NCBI GenBank assembly: GCA_963980215.1
Contig: CAXBYZ010000001.1
Location: 7,370 to 71,369, forward strand
Reading direction: 5' to 3'
Length of the DNA: 64,000 nt
DNA from: an uncultured bacterium
GTDB taxonomy: Bacteria; Patescibacteriota; Microgenomatia; UBA1400; CG1-02-47-37
Under the pieces are notes generated by a model, which was given only the letters and a program-made list of their open reading frames with translations, was not told the DNA's origin and made no database searches. The first letter of the stretch is position 1, and each line of letters starts with the position of its first letter. This document shows positions 19,270 to 28,814 of this stretch, in pieces. The position numbers and the translations under genes were made by a program.

Positions 19270-19845
19270 ATGAATCATGATCACTGGAAAGCAATTGCAG
19301 TCTTTAAGATTATTTCGATTGGAATGGTGGTGGTGGTTTCTATTTTGTTGTTCTCAACTTATCGAAAAAATGCTCAAGTGAATCAACTGAATTCAAAAAC
19401 GGGATTTTCAAGTTTGATTAACCAAGGAGTTGACGGAACTATATTGTCTATCCCTTATGAACAAACTTTGTATAAGCATTTTGGAAATGCAATTAATCCT
19501 CAAGTAAAGTTGCCGGTAAAAACAATAACTGGGTATGAAGAGTATCAATTCTTGATTGATAGTGGTGCGGTGGTTTCGGCTGTGCCAAAGACTTTGGCTT
19601 ATGATTTGGGGGCTGATTTAAATGATTTACCAAGAATTACGATTGAGGGATTTGCTGGACAAAAAACATTTGCTTATAAAGGAGAGTTTGTGATTAAGAT
19701 TGGGCGTGAGGAAGTGGCTATACCGGTGGTGTTTAGTGAAAATTCTGGGGCAAATAATATTTTGGGGAGAATTGGTTTTTTTGATGAATTTAATATAAAA
19801 TTTGATGCTAGTTTACAAAAAATTATAATTAGCTATAAGGGGTAA
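19270..19845 (+). CDS. retropepsin-like aspartic protease, membrane-anchored
   Basis: N-terminal TM helix; FLIDSGAVVS aspartyl-protease (clan AA) motif. Confidence 0.55.
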   Translation: MNHDHWKAIAVFKIISIGMVVVVSILLFSTYRKNAQVNQLNSKTGFSSLINQGVDGTILSIPYEQTLYKHFGNAINPQVKLPVKTITGYEEYQFLIDSGAVVSAVPKTLAYDLGADLNDLPRITIEGFAGQKTFAYKGEFVIKIGREEVAIPVVFSENSGANNILGRIGFFDEFNIKFDASLQKIIISYKG

Positions 19846-19846
19846 T

Positions 19847-20671
19847 ATGCTAAAAAAACGAACAAAAATTTTACACTGGTTTTATAAGCTATCATGGAAA
19901 AAGATGGTTGGTTTTTCGATGTTTTTGTTGATTCTTGGGGCGATGCCTTTAGCCCGTGAGGCGGCAGTTAACCCGACAAGAACTAGATCTGAGGCGGCTT
20001 TGTTGACCCCAAAACCACAAGAGATAACAACTGAGTTTGAAACTCCAAAAGGTCCGCCTAAAATTTACTTGGTTGATCACTTTTTTGGAAGAGTTGGAGA
20101 TGCCGTTTTGATACATGGAGAAAATTTGGGAGGATTTCATCAAAGTAGCTGGGTAAATTTGGGAGGAAAGAAGGTTACCAAAGATGATATTGTAGCTTGG
20201 ACTGGGAACTATATTGAGTTTAAAGTGCCGGTAACAGCCACTTCTGGAATTGTAGAAGTGAGTATTTTAGGTCAAAGAACTAGCTCACCTGTAATGTTTT
20301 TTGTGACAGATGAGAATACTGAGACTGAACTAAGATTGGTCGAAGGACAACTAAAAGCGAAGAATTTGGGTCAAGGGAAAGAGTTGTTGGTCTGGTTTAT
20401 TAAAGTTAGGGGTGAGGGTGAGTTGAGTGTTTCTGGGGTGAGCGGGGTTGGCACAACTTTAAAGCAAATAGATACGCCGATTGGCAAGATTTATGAAGCA
20501 AAGATTCAGATAACTCCGAGTATGGCTTCTCAATCTGAAGTTGAGTTGGCTAGTTTGCTTAACTTAAGTAAACCTGAAGATCTGACTGTGGGTATTGCTA
20601 GAGGAGAACTAAGCACGAATACAAACACCCTAATCCCCCTTCAAGCCCACCCGCTTTACGTTAGTTTTTAA
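19847..20671 (+). CDS. hypothetical secreted/membrane-anchored protein, IPT/TIG-like fold
   Basis: N-terminal TM helix; Ig-like region (YIEFKVPVTATSGIVEVSI). Probably co-transcribed with 19270..19845. Confidence 0.4.
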   Translation: MLKKRTKILHWFYKLSWKKMVGFSMFLLILGAMPLAREAAVNPTRTRSEAALLTPKPQEITTEFETPKGPPKIYLVDHFFGRVGDAVLIHGENLGGFHQSSWVNLGGKKVTKDDIVAWTGNYIEFKVPVTATSGIVEVSILGQRTSSPVMFFVTDENTETELRLVEGQLKAKNLGQGKELLVWFIKVRGEGELSVSGVSGVGTTLKQIDTPIGKIYEAKIQITPSMASQSEVELASLLNLSKPEDLTVGIARGELSTNTNTLIPLQAHPLYVSF

Positions 20672-20690
20672 ATTAGTCCTTGAATGGTCC

Positions 20691-20719
20691 TTGACAAAGG
20701 TCATATTATGGACTAATAT
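20691..20719 (+). promoter_or_regulatory. promoter TTGACA-17nt-TAATAT within the palindrome CCTTGACAAAGG, upstream of the TA pair
   Basis: Read directly: TTGACA at 20691-20696, TAATAT at 20714-20719. Confidence 0.45.
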
Positions 20720-20727
20720 GTAAATAT

Positions 20728-20976
20728 ATGATGTCTACTCAATTGAAAGTGACTTTGCCACTAAACTTATTTGACTATCTTCAAGCTAAAACTGAAAAAT
20801 TTGGCTTAAGTATGTCTGCTTATTTAAAACACCTTGTTATTGAAGATGTTAAAGATATGGAGACTCCAGAATTTAAGATGAGTGATTCTACTGAAAAAAT
20901 AGGACTTAAAGCTCTTGAAGATTTTAGATCTGGCAATCTAAAAAAAGTTAAATCTATTGATGAGTTATTTGAATGA
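20728..20976 (+). CDS. ribbon-helix-helix antitoxin (RelB/ParD-like)
   Basis: KVTLPLNLFDYLQAKTEKFGLSMSAYLKHLV is an RHH pattern. Overlaps the downstream toxin by 4 nt. Confidence 0.65.
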   Translation: MMSTQLKVTLPLNLFDYLQAKTEKFGLSMSAYLKHLVIEDVKDMETPEFKMSDSTEKIGLKALEDFRSGNLKKVKSIDELFE

Positions 20977-21233
20977 ACCTATACCCCACCACCCATTTTA
21001 AACGACAACTAAAACAAAAAGCTAAGAAAAATTTCACATTAAAAAATTTAATTAAAAATAAATTAAATCTTCTCTTAGATGATTCTCGCCATCCTTCTTT
21101 AAGGTTACATAAATTAAAGGGTAAGAAAATTGATCAATACTCTATCTGGATAGAGTCTAATTTGAGAATAATTTTCTTAAAAGAAAAGGATAGCTACATT
21201 CTTACAGATTTGATAAATCACGATCAATATTAA
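20973..21233 (+). CDS. type II toxin, RelE/StbE family
   Basis: HPSLRLHKLKGKKIDQYSIWIESNLRIIFLKEKDSYILTDLINHDQY matches the RelE/StbE consensus. Confidence 0.7.
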   Translation: MNLYPTTHFKRQLKQKAKKNFTLKNLIKNKLNLLLDDSRHPSLRLHKLKGKKIDQYSIWIESNLRIIFLKEKDSYILTDLINHDQY

Positions 21234-21976
21234 AGAGATAGTAAGATTGTGAAGCCGAGGGTAAAGCAGTAGTAGCCAAAGAAGTGGAGTTTGCCGCATA
21301 CGACAAAACGTTTGAGGAGTTTTAGGGCGAAAACTCCTGAGAGAAGAGCGGTGAGGAAGCCAATAGCAAGAACGGGAAATTCTTTTGGAGATAAGCTTCC
21401 TAGTTTATTTAATTGAAGTAGTTGAGCTCCGGCAATAGCGGGAAGAGAGATGAGAAAAGAAAAATTGAAAGCGTCTTTTGGAGTTAAGCCTTGATGCAAA
21501 CCAGCAGTGATGGTGCTTCCTGATCTAGAGATACCAGGAAAGATGGCCAGGGCTTGGGCTAGGCCGATTAGAAATGAGTTTTTGGGGTTTAGCTTGGGTG
21601 TCAAGGTGTATCCCTGACGGATCTTTTTGGTTGAGAACAAGATTAAGCCAGTAAAAATTAAACTAAAACCAACTAACTTTAAAGAACCAAAGAGTTCTTC
21701 TATTTTTTGATTTAGTAGAATACCAAAAACTCCGGCTGGGATACTGGCTATTAGAATAAGCTTTATTTGATCTAGATTAATATTCTTTAGAGTTTCTCGT
21801 ATAACAATAACTACAGCTAAAGCAGTAGCTAAGTGAACAAAGACGTCAAAAACTACTGGGGGTTCTGTTAGTTTAAGTAGATTTTGAGCAATAACCAGGT
21901 GACCGGAACTACTTACCGGCAAAAATTCAGTAAGGCCTTGGATAAGACCTAATATTAATCCTTGAATTGGCGTCAT
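21230..21976 (-). CDS. uppP: undecaprenyl-diphosphatase
   Basis: GLTEFLPVSSSGHL and SRSGSTI motifs; 8 TM helices. Confidence 0.85.
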   Translation of the reverse strand: MTPIQGLILGLIQGLTEFLPVSSSGHLVIAQNLLKLTEPPVVFDVFVHLATALAVVIVIRETLKNINLDQIKLILIASIPAGVFGILLNQKIEELFGSLKLVGFSLIFTGLILFSTKKIRQGYTLTPKLNPKNSFLIGLAQALAIFPGISRSGSTITAGLHQGLTPKDAFNFSFLISLPAIAGAQLLQLNKLGSLSPKEFPVLAIGFLTALLSGVFALKLLKRFVVCGKLHFFGYYCFTLGFTILLSL

Positions 21977-21979
21977 GAT

Positions 21980-22684
21980 TTACTTTCCTTTTTTCTTAAA
22001 GTCAGTATACCAGTCAAGTAAGATTTTTGAGACGATATCCTTACCTCCAAGACCAATACTTAAACCAATGCCTAAAGTTAGAGTAGCAACTACTCCAATA
22101 AATAGGGTGTTGATAAGCGCTTGAGCGATACCTAGCTCGTTGATAGCTGCTAGAGTAGCAACAGTAACAACTAGGTAGCTAGCAATTTTGCTTAGCAATC
22201 TACTGGTTTTTGGTTCGACTTGGTTAACAGTACCTTTGACAAAGTTTTCAATTAAACCGGCAAGAAGAACTCCTGCGGTAAGAATCAAAACTGAAGAAAG
22301 AATATTTGGTAAATAACCTAAAATATTGCTTAAGACCTCGGATACTGTGGTTAAACCCAAGACGTTTACACTGGCAATAAAGAAGACAATGGTAATAAGC
22401 CAGCGAACAATTTCTCCTAGGAATGTTGAAGCTTTTTGTTTGACTTCGGCTTTAACTAAGAAAGGTTCAAGACCGCTTTTACTTAAAAGCTTATCGAATT
22501 TAATTAGGTTTAAGATTTTAACAATAAGGGCTTTACCCCATTTGGCTAAAATTAAACCAAAGATAAAGATAACAATGGCTCCAAACAGACTAGGAAGAAA
22601 AGCAAAGAATTGACTAAGTACGTTTGCTCCTGCCAATAAAATAGCTTCTTGCCAGTTTGAGATGGCGTTTAGTGAGTTTGACAT
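21980..22684 (-). CDS. hypothetical membrane protein (TM-helix-repeat type)
   Basis: 234 aa; repeated amphipathic TM segments. Confidence 0.45.
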   Translation of the reverse strand: MSNSLNAISNWQEAILLAGANVLSQFFAFLPSLFGAIVIFIFGLILAKWGKALIVKILNLIKFDKLLSKSGLEPFLVKAEVKQKASTFLGEIVRWLITIVFFIASVNVLGLTTVSEVLSNILGYLPNILSSVLILTAGVLLAGLIENFVKGTVNQVEPKTSRLLSKIASYLVVTVATLAAINELGIAQALINTLFIGVVATLTLGIGLSIGLGGKDIVSKILLDWYTDFKKKGK

Positions 22685-22776
22685 ATTATATTTTCACCTC
22701 CTTAGATTTATTCTTTAATTATGGGAAGAATAGTATAGAAAGTCAATTGAGTAGACTTTGTTTGGTATAATACAGA

Positions 22777-23117
22777 GGCTAGGAAGTGTGGTGATGCCCT
22801 GACTTTATGTCAGGGAGGAAAGTCCAGACTGCAGAAAACAGGGTGCCCAACGTAAGTTGGGGCTTGAGTAGACTTAGCTACCCAAGCCAGTGAAGCCACA
22901 GAGACGAGTTCTTTGTAAGTTAATTACTTATAAAAGAAGTGAAACGTCCTAAACCACAGTTGGTTTAGGAACTACTTTAACCTTTGGTTGAAGAGTGGTA
23001 ATTCTCCTCGCAGCAACTTCCGATCGATCCATTATGAGGATGTTTTCCCTAGGATCAAAGATTGAAGGCATTAGATAGATATCACCTTAAACAGAATCTG
23101 GCTTACTGCTTCCTAGC
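22777..23117 (+). ncRNA. rnpB: RNase P RNA (bacterial type)
   Basis: P4 halves GGAGGAAAGTCCAGAC (22815-22830) and AACAGAATCTGGCTTAC (23090-23106). P1 pairing GCTAGGAAG (22778-22786) with CTTCCTAGC (23109-23117). TATAAT at 22766-22771; T-run after the 3' end. Confidence 0.7.
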
Positions 23118-24113
23118 ACTTTTTTTAGGCTTAATTTTTAAAATTAAAATTGAGATGGCAATAACAAGCAGATAGCTTAATAAAGTTGGGGCGACCGGAA
23201 CGAGAGATAAATCAAATTTAAGTAAATGAAGTGGCATGGGGTGAGCTAGGTAAATAAGATAAGAGTTTTGGCCAAACCAAGCTAAGTATTTATTTTTAAG
23301 TAATTTAGAGGTATTGGTAAGAAAAAAGCCAATCAGACCAATTGCATAAATGAAGTTTGGTAATTTTGCAAAGCGAATAGCTTGAATAATATCCCCGCTT
23401 GAACTAACTATTTTTGAGGCTTCAAAAACTGATAAAAATAAACCTATAAATATTAGAGTGATTGAACTTCTCTTTGAGATAAACTTATCTTGACTGGCAA
23501 GGTAGATACCTAAGATGAAGTAGCCAGTCCAAACTAAAATATTACTGTGTTGAAGCTGATCTGGGATAAAAGGAATTTTTAGAGTGAAGTAGGAGTACAG
23601 ACCTAGCTTTATAACTAGAGCTAAGGAGAGAAGGGGTAGTAATAGTTTTTTGGGTAGTTTTTTTAGTAAGGCAAAGACTAGATAGAGTTTGAAGATAACC
23701 GGAACAAAGTAAAGATGGTAGTCGGCCCGACCGTTGAATATGATTTGAGAAGCTGACCAGCCACTTAAAACCTTCCACCAAGGTTTGATAAAAATTGACA
23801 AAGCTATGTAGTAGGCTGACCAAAGAATGTATAGAGGCAGGGTGGTGAAGCTTCTTTTTTTGATAAAAGATTTGAAGACAAAAGGTTTTTGTTGATAACT
23901 TAAACTTAGACCAAAACCAGACAGAAAGATAAAGATTGGGACGCAGAAACGCATGACTTGATCTAGAGATAGAAAGATTAAGTTTTGAGGGTGAGTGGTA
24001 AACTGTTCTTGAGTGGCGAGGGTAAGAAGGTGAATAGAAACAACAGCAAGAATAGATAGACCTTTGGCGGAGTTGACGGTGAGCCTGTCTTTATTAATTA
24101 AGGCGACAGACAT
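23103..24113 (-). CDS. acyltransferase family 3 (OafA-like) membrane protein
   Basis: 10-TM acyl_transf_3 architecture. 3' end overlaps rnpB by about 15 nt, antiparallel. Confidence 0.7.
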   Translation of the reverse strand: MSVALINKDRLTVNSAKGLSILAVVSIHLLTLATQEQFTTHPQNLIFLSLDQVMRFCVPIFIFLSGFGLSLSYQQKPFVFKSFIKKRSFTTLPLYILWSAYYIALSIFIKPWWKVLSGWSASQIIFNGRADYHLYFVPVIFKLYLVFALLKKLPKKLLLPLLSLALVIKLGLYSYFTLKIPFIPDQLQHSNILVWTGYFILGIYLASQDKFISKRSSITLIFIGLFLSVFEASKIVSSSGDIIQAIRFAKLPNFIYAIGLIGFFLTNTSKLLKNKYLAWFGQNSYLIYLAHPMPLHLLKFDLSLVPVAPTLLSYLLVIAISILILKIKPKKSARKQ

Positions 24114-25094
24114 TTATTGTTTTTTAAGATGAGTCTTGTAGAGGTCGTTGATGAGGATTTCTAGGAATAAAACTGTGGGGAGAGAAAGAATGGCTCCGGT
24201 AGCCCCAGCAACCCTAAAACCGATCATTAAAGAAATGATGACCACGAGCGGACTAACACCGACGGCTTTGGAAAATATCTTGGGGACAATGAGGTTGTTT
24301 TCTAGTTGTTGGATAACAAAGTAGAGAGCAAAGACTGCTAAGCCTAAAATTGGAGAAGTACCAAGAGCAACTAAAATAGCTGGAACCATAGAAAGAGTGG
24401 GGCCGATGTTGGGAATTATTTCAAGTAAACCTGCGATGAAAGCAAGTGGGACGGCAAACTCAACTCCAAGGAAAGTAAGACCAATGTATGACATAAGACC
24501 AACAATTAGCATGAGGGCTAGTTGACCACGAACCCAACTACCTAGTTTTAGTTCTAGTTTGGTGATGAATTGTTCGGCATGCTTTTCTTTATCTCCTGTC
24601 CCAAAAAGAAAGGTTAGGTATTTTTTTAGATTTTTTCTTTCAATTATTAAGTAAAAGACAACCACCATAAGGGTGAAGATTTGGATAACGTTGTTGAAAG
24701 TGCTGACAACTATCTTAAGTATTTGTTGTGGTAGAGTGGCAAAGTGTGACTCGAATACGGAGAAGTCAAACCTTCCTTGACTGAGCTGAGCTACGTCTTG
24801 GGGAAGTCTGGAAATAAACTTGGATGATTGTTCGACTAGAGGTGGAACTAGAGAGGCAACACCAAAACTGATAATTAACCACATTAGAATAAAGAAAACA
24901 GTGGTGCTTAGACCACGGGGAATTTTTCTTTTCTCTAGCTTATCGACCATGGGAGATAGAGCTGACATAAAGATGATGGCGATAAAGATGAATAAAATGA
25001 TGTGGCGAATTTGAAATAAAAACCAGATAAAGATTAAAAATAAGATGGTGAAGATGATGGTTTTGTGAGATATCTCGACTTTGGCTGGTTTCAT
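24114..25094 (-). CDS. AI-2E family transporter (PerM/YhhT-like)
   Basis: 326 aa, 8 TM helices with the UPF0118 pattern. Confidence 0.75.
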   Translation of the reverse strand: MKPAKVEISHKTIIFTILFLIFIWFLFQIRHIILFIFIAIIFMSALSPMVDKLEKRKIPRGLSTTVFFILMWLIISFGVASLVPPLVEQSSKFISRLPQDVAQLSQGRFDFSVFESHFATLPQQILKIVVSTFNNVIQIFTLMVVVFYLIIERKNLKKYLTFLFGTGDKEKHAEQFITKLELKLGSWVRGQLALMLIVGLMSYIGLTFLGVEFAVPLAFIAGLLEIIPNIGPTLSMVPAILVALGTSPILGLAVFALYFVIQQLENNLIVPKIFSKAVGVSPLVVIISLMIGFRVAGATGAILSLPTVLFLEILINDLYKTHLKKQ

Positions 25095-25095
25095 A

Positions 25096-26028
25096 TTACT
25101 TAGTATACCAAGTAGCTACTTGATTGACTATATGTTGGTAGTAATCTGGCTTGGAGATATCAAACCAGTTGATATTTTTTTGTTTATTGAACCAAGTTAG
25201 TTGACGACGAAGATATTGTTTTTCAGCTAAATTCCAAGTTTGTTCAAGTTCTTTTGTAGCTATTTCTTTATCGAAAAATAATCGCCATTGCTTGTAACCC
25301 ATGGCTGACATGGAGGGTAGATTAAAAGAGTAACCTTTTTTTATTAATGACTCTACTTCTTTTTGTGAACCGAATTTGATTCGCTTAATAACTCTTGCCT
25401 TTATATTAGCATCTAGAATTTTTTTATCTGCAGTGAGGCCGAGCCAGAGAGAATCTAGTTTTAAAGATTTTGGTTTTAATGATTTCTGGTTGTGGATAGC
25501 TACTTCGATAGCCCGTATGAGGCGACGAGGATTTAGGCTATCTGAGTTATTCAGGGAGTTAAATTTATCTGGATTTATTTTTTTTAAAGTATTTGCTAGT
25601 TTAGTTCGTGATAGTTTTTCTAGTTTTTTTCTTAGAGATGGATTGGGGGGAATGTTGATGGTGTCTATGCTTCCAGTTACGGCTTTTAAGTAAAGGCCGG
25701 TGCCACCGACTAGAATTGGGAGTTGATTTTGATGGTGAATTTTTTTGATTAATGGTTTGGTAAATTTAATAAAGTGGCCGACGGAAAAATCTTGGTTGGG
25801 ATTGATTAGATCGTAGCCCCAAACTTTTATCCCTTTAATTAAGTAGTGGCCATCTTTTTGTTGTTTGGCATTTAATGGCAAATCTTTACCGGTACCGATA
25901 TCCATACCTTTGTAGACTTGCCTGGAGTCGGCTGAGATAATTTGGCCGTTGTATTTTTTGGCTAACTTTAAACCTAAGCTAGTTTTGCCAGTAGCAGTAG
26001 GGCCGCAGATGACGAGTGCTTTTTTCAT
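25096..26028 (-). CDS. miaA: tRNA dimethylallyltransferase
   Basis: P-loop ICGPTATGKT; ...ISADSRQVYKGMDIGTGK. Confidence 0.85.
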   Translation of the reverse strand: MKKALVICGPTATGKTSLGLKLAKKYNGQIISADSRQVYKGMDIGTGKDLPLNAKQQKDGHYLIKGIKVWGYDLINPNQDFSVGHFIKFTKPLIKKIHHQNQLPILVGGTGLYLKAVTGSIDTINIPPNPSLRKKLEKLSRTKLANTLKKINPDKFNSLNNSDSLNPRRLIRAIEVAIHNQKSLKPKSLKLDSLWLGLTADKKILDANIKARVIKRIKFGSQKEVESLIKKGYSFNLPSMSAMGYKQWRLFFDKEIATKELEQTWNLAEKQYLRRQLTWFNKQKNINWFDISKPDYYQHIVNQVATWYTK

Positions 26029-27209
26029 TTAATAACTATTGGTCTTGTCTTTAGGTGGGGTTTGTTGATTAATCTCTCCAGGATTAGCCAACGATGTTTT
26101 TTTTCTTTGGGGGGGATTATGTCTTTGAATAGCTTGTCTGAAGCGGTGTTGGGCCGAGGTGAGTATTGAGCTACGAAAGCAACTTTGAAGCCTACTTTTT
26201 TGGCTAGATCGATAGTGTCATTGAAGTCTTTTTTGGTTTCTCCGGGAAAACCGACGATAATATCTGTGCCAAGTTGTATATCTGGAATTGATTTTTTTAA
26301 TTTTTTGATTAAACTCAAGTAGTCTTCTCTGGTGTATCCCCTGTTCATTTTCTTTAAAATTTTGTTTGAGCCTGATTGAACTGGAAGGTGAATGTATCGA
26401 TCGATTTTTTTGTGATCTTTAATACACTTGATTAAATGGTCTGAAAAATCCCAAGGATTGGGAGTGAGGAATCTAACTATTTTGATTTGATCGTACTGAC
26501 AAATTTTTTCTAGTAACTTAACGAAAGGTGGTTTGCCGGTAGTTTTTTTGTATTGTGATTGGTTGGTGGGAAGAGTGATATTTTTCGGGTCGTGCATTAG
26601 GAGTTTTCTTATGTTAATGCCAAGCTTTTCAAGACCGTAGGAGTTAACGTTTTGACCGACTAGAGTAATTTGGGTGTAGCCATTTTTAACTAGGTCATCG
26701 ATTTCTTTTAAAATATCTTTGATGGGACGAGATTTTTCTCGACCACGGGAAAAAGGAACAATACAGTAGGTACAAAATGAGTTGCAACCACTAGAGATAG
26801 AGATCCATGCATGTTTTTTGTCTCTTCTAATGGTGGGGAGGTTGAAACCAACTTCCATGATGGGGAGAATTTCATCTACAAACGGAAGCATTTTTAAAAG
26901 CTTTTCCTCGCCGTGGTGAATCATGCAGCCGGTGAGAATGATTTTGGGCCCCACTTTGCCAAGGCTTCGCGGGGTAAATTTTTTTTCTTGATTTTTATAT
27001 TTTTGGGAGAGATTGTAGATGAGACCGACGACGCGATCTTCGGCTCGTTGGCGAACAGCACAAGAGTTGATGATGATTTCGTCGGCTTGATTGACGGTTT
27101 TGGCGGGTTTAAATCCCCTAGCTTGATAATCACCGGCAATTCTTTCGGAGTCGGATTTATTTGCCTGACAACCGAAAGTATAGATGTAGTAAGTCTTGGT
27201 GTGAACCAT
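26025..27209 (-). CDS. miaB: tRNA methylthiotransferase, radical SAM (MiaB-like)
   Basis: N-terminal MTTase Cys triad (FGCQAN..., C...C) and radical-SAM CNSFCTYC. Adjacent to miaA. Confidence 0.8.
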   Translation of the reverse strand: MVHTKTYYIYTFGCQANKSDSERIAGDYQARGFKPAKTVNQADEIIINSCAVRQRAEDRVVGLIYNLSQKYKNQEKKFTPRSLGKVGPKIILTGCMIHHGEEKLLKMLPFVDEILPIMEVGFNLPTIRRDKKHAWISISSGCNSFCTYCIVPFSRGREKSRPIKDILKEIDDLVKNGYTQITLVGQNVNSYGLEKLGINIRKLLMHDPKNITLPTNQSQYKKTTGKPPFVKLLEKICQYDQIKIVRFLTPNPWDFSDHLIKCIKDHKKIDRYIHLPVQSGSNKILKKMNRGYTREDYLSLIKKLKKSIPDIQLGTDIIVGFPGETKKDFNDTIDLAKKVGFKVAFVAQYSPRPNTASDKLFKDIIPPKEKKHRWLILERLINKPHLKTRPIVIK

Positions 27210-27237
27210 GAAGGTATTTTAACAGATGTTTCTTTGT

Positions 27238-28023
27238 TTAACTTGAAGCTGAGGAGTATTTGGTTAGGGAGAAATGCCAGAATTTAAAAGAGAGAAAATA
27301 GACAGTTAGGGAGATGGCGAGAGCGATGAAGATGGTTGGAGAAGGAATGAGGCCATAAAGAGACTTGGCTGGGAAAGTAAAGATAACAGCAATGGGGACA
27401 ATGTAGGTAAGAAAAGTGCGGATAAATTCGACGTAGATGTCTATAGGAACTTTGGCCATTTCTGAAAGATCTCTAAAGATCCACATAGTGTGATCAACTT
27501 CGGTGGTCATGACTCCAATTGAGGCGATAACAATGTGAAGGGAAGTTAAGATAATTAGAGAGGCTAAACTTAAAATGCCAAAATGAAGAAGTTCTATTGG
27601 AGAAACTTGAGGGAATCTTTTGACTAAAAAGGTAATAACCAAAACAAGTAAAGGTAAATCTAGAAAGTCGGTGTGCTTGGTCATGATTTGAAATAAAGGG
27701 CTGATAGGTTTTAGTAAGCGGTAGTCAAAGTTACCTGAAATAATTTCTGACCTAAACCAGTAGATGCCTCGGTATAAAAATTGGCCAAGGAGGTCGAATA
27801 AGTTAAAGATTAGAAAAAAAGTGATTAGTTGGTCTATTGAGTAACCAGCGACTAGTTGGATTTTGTCTTTTAAGACTAGCAGAAAGATGATGTATAAAAA
27901 GAAACGGGCGAACTTCCCGGTAATAAATAGAATTGAAGATAGTCTGGTGGCAACCAAGGAAACGAGAGTTAACTCGCTTGATTTAATCCAGTAGTACCAG
28001 TAAGTTTTTAGTTTAGCGACCAT
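27238..28023 (-). CDS. ABC-2 type transporter permease
   Basis: 6-TM permease, overlaps the upstream permease. Confidence 0.55.
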   Translation of the reverse strand: MVAKLKTYWYYWIKSSELTLVSLVATRLSSILFITGKFARFFLYIIFLLVLKDKIQLVAGYSIDQLITFFLIFNLFDLLGQFLYRGIYWFRSEIISGNFDYRLLKPISPLFQIMTKHTDFLDLPLLVLVITFLVKRFPQVSPIELLHFGILSLASLIILTSLHIVIASIGVMTTEVDHTMWIFRDLSEMAKVPIDIYVEFIRTFLTYIVPIAVIFTFPAKSLYGLIPSPTIFIALAISLTVYFLSFKFWHFSLTKYSSASS

Positions 28024-28813
28024 AGGCTCCGTAGACTTTTAGTCCTTTTTTAAAGACTGCTGTAGATATTTTGTACAAGATAAAGACCCAAGCTAGCATG
28101 ATGATAATTGTTAGTCCGACTTGATTAGCTGGAATCCTACCTAAGTATATTTGCATGGGGTAAAACATAAAGTAACCGAAGGGTAGAATCTTGAAGATAG
28201 TTTGAGCAACTGCCGGAAAGATGTCTAGTGGAAAAGTGTCTCCTGCTAGAAAACCAATGATCATAAAGACTATGAATCTTAGAGGCCAACCATTGTGCTC
28301 GGGATACCAAAATGTAAAACAACTAACTAAGAAGCTAAAGAAGAAGTACATAAGAGTGGCTATTAATGCTGCTACTATAAAAGCAACAAAGTACCATGGG
28401 TTATTGGGAAAGATAAATGGAGGTTTGATAACTAGAAAAATAATTACCATTTCTGGGATAAAGAAAGCTAAATTCAGGGCTTTGTCGGCTATGTCACGGG
28501 CTAACCAGTTTTTTAAGTAGTTTATTGGCTTAACTAGATAGTTGTTTAAATCTCCATTGGCGATTTCCATGCCAGCTGAAACACTTCTGGAGCTTAAGAC
28601 TAAAGACCTTAGGAATGAAGTACCAATAACGTAAGTTAATAAGGTTTGAGAGTCATAGTTAAAGACCTGATCGTTTTGAGAAAGGATGGCAACCCAAAAG
28701 TAGTAGATGGTAAAAAACCAGATAATGGTTCTGACTCGCCACATAATGAAGTTGAGACGATAGACAAAACCATTAGACCAGCTAGTCTTGGTAATTTGCC
28801 AGTATTTTTTCAT
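28013..28813 (-). CDS. ABC-2 type transporter permease
   Basis: 6-TM permease. Confidence 0.55.
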   Translation of the reverse strand: MKKYWQITKTSWSNGFVYRLNFIMWRVRTIIWFFTIYYFWVAILSQNDQVFNYDSQTLLTYVIGTSFLRSLVLSSRSVSAGMEIANGDLNNYLVKPINYLKNWLARDIADKALNLAFFIPEMVIIFLVIKPPFIFPNNPWYFVAFIVAALIATLMYFFFSFLVSCFTFWYPEHNGWPLRFIVFMIIGFLAGDTFPLDIFPAVAQTIFKILPFGYFMFYPMQIYLGRIPANQVGLTIIIMLAWVFILYKISTAVFKKGLKVYGAYGR

Positions 28814-28814
28814 T

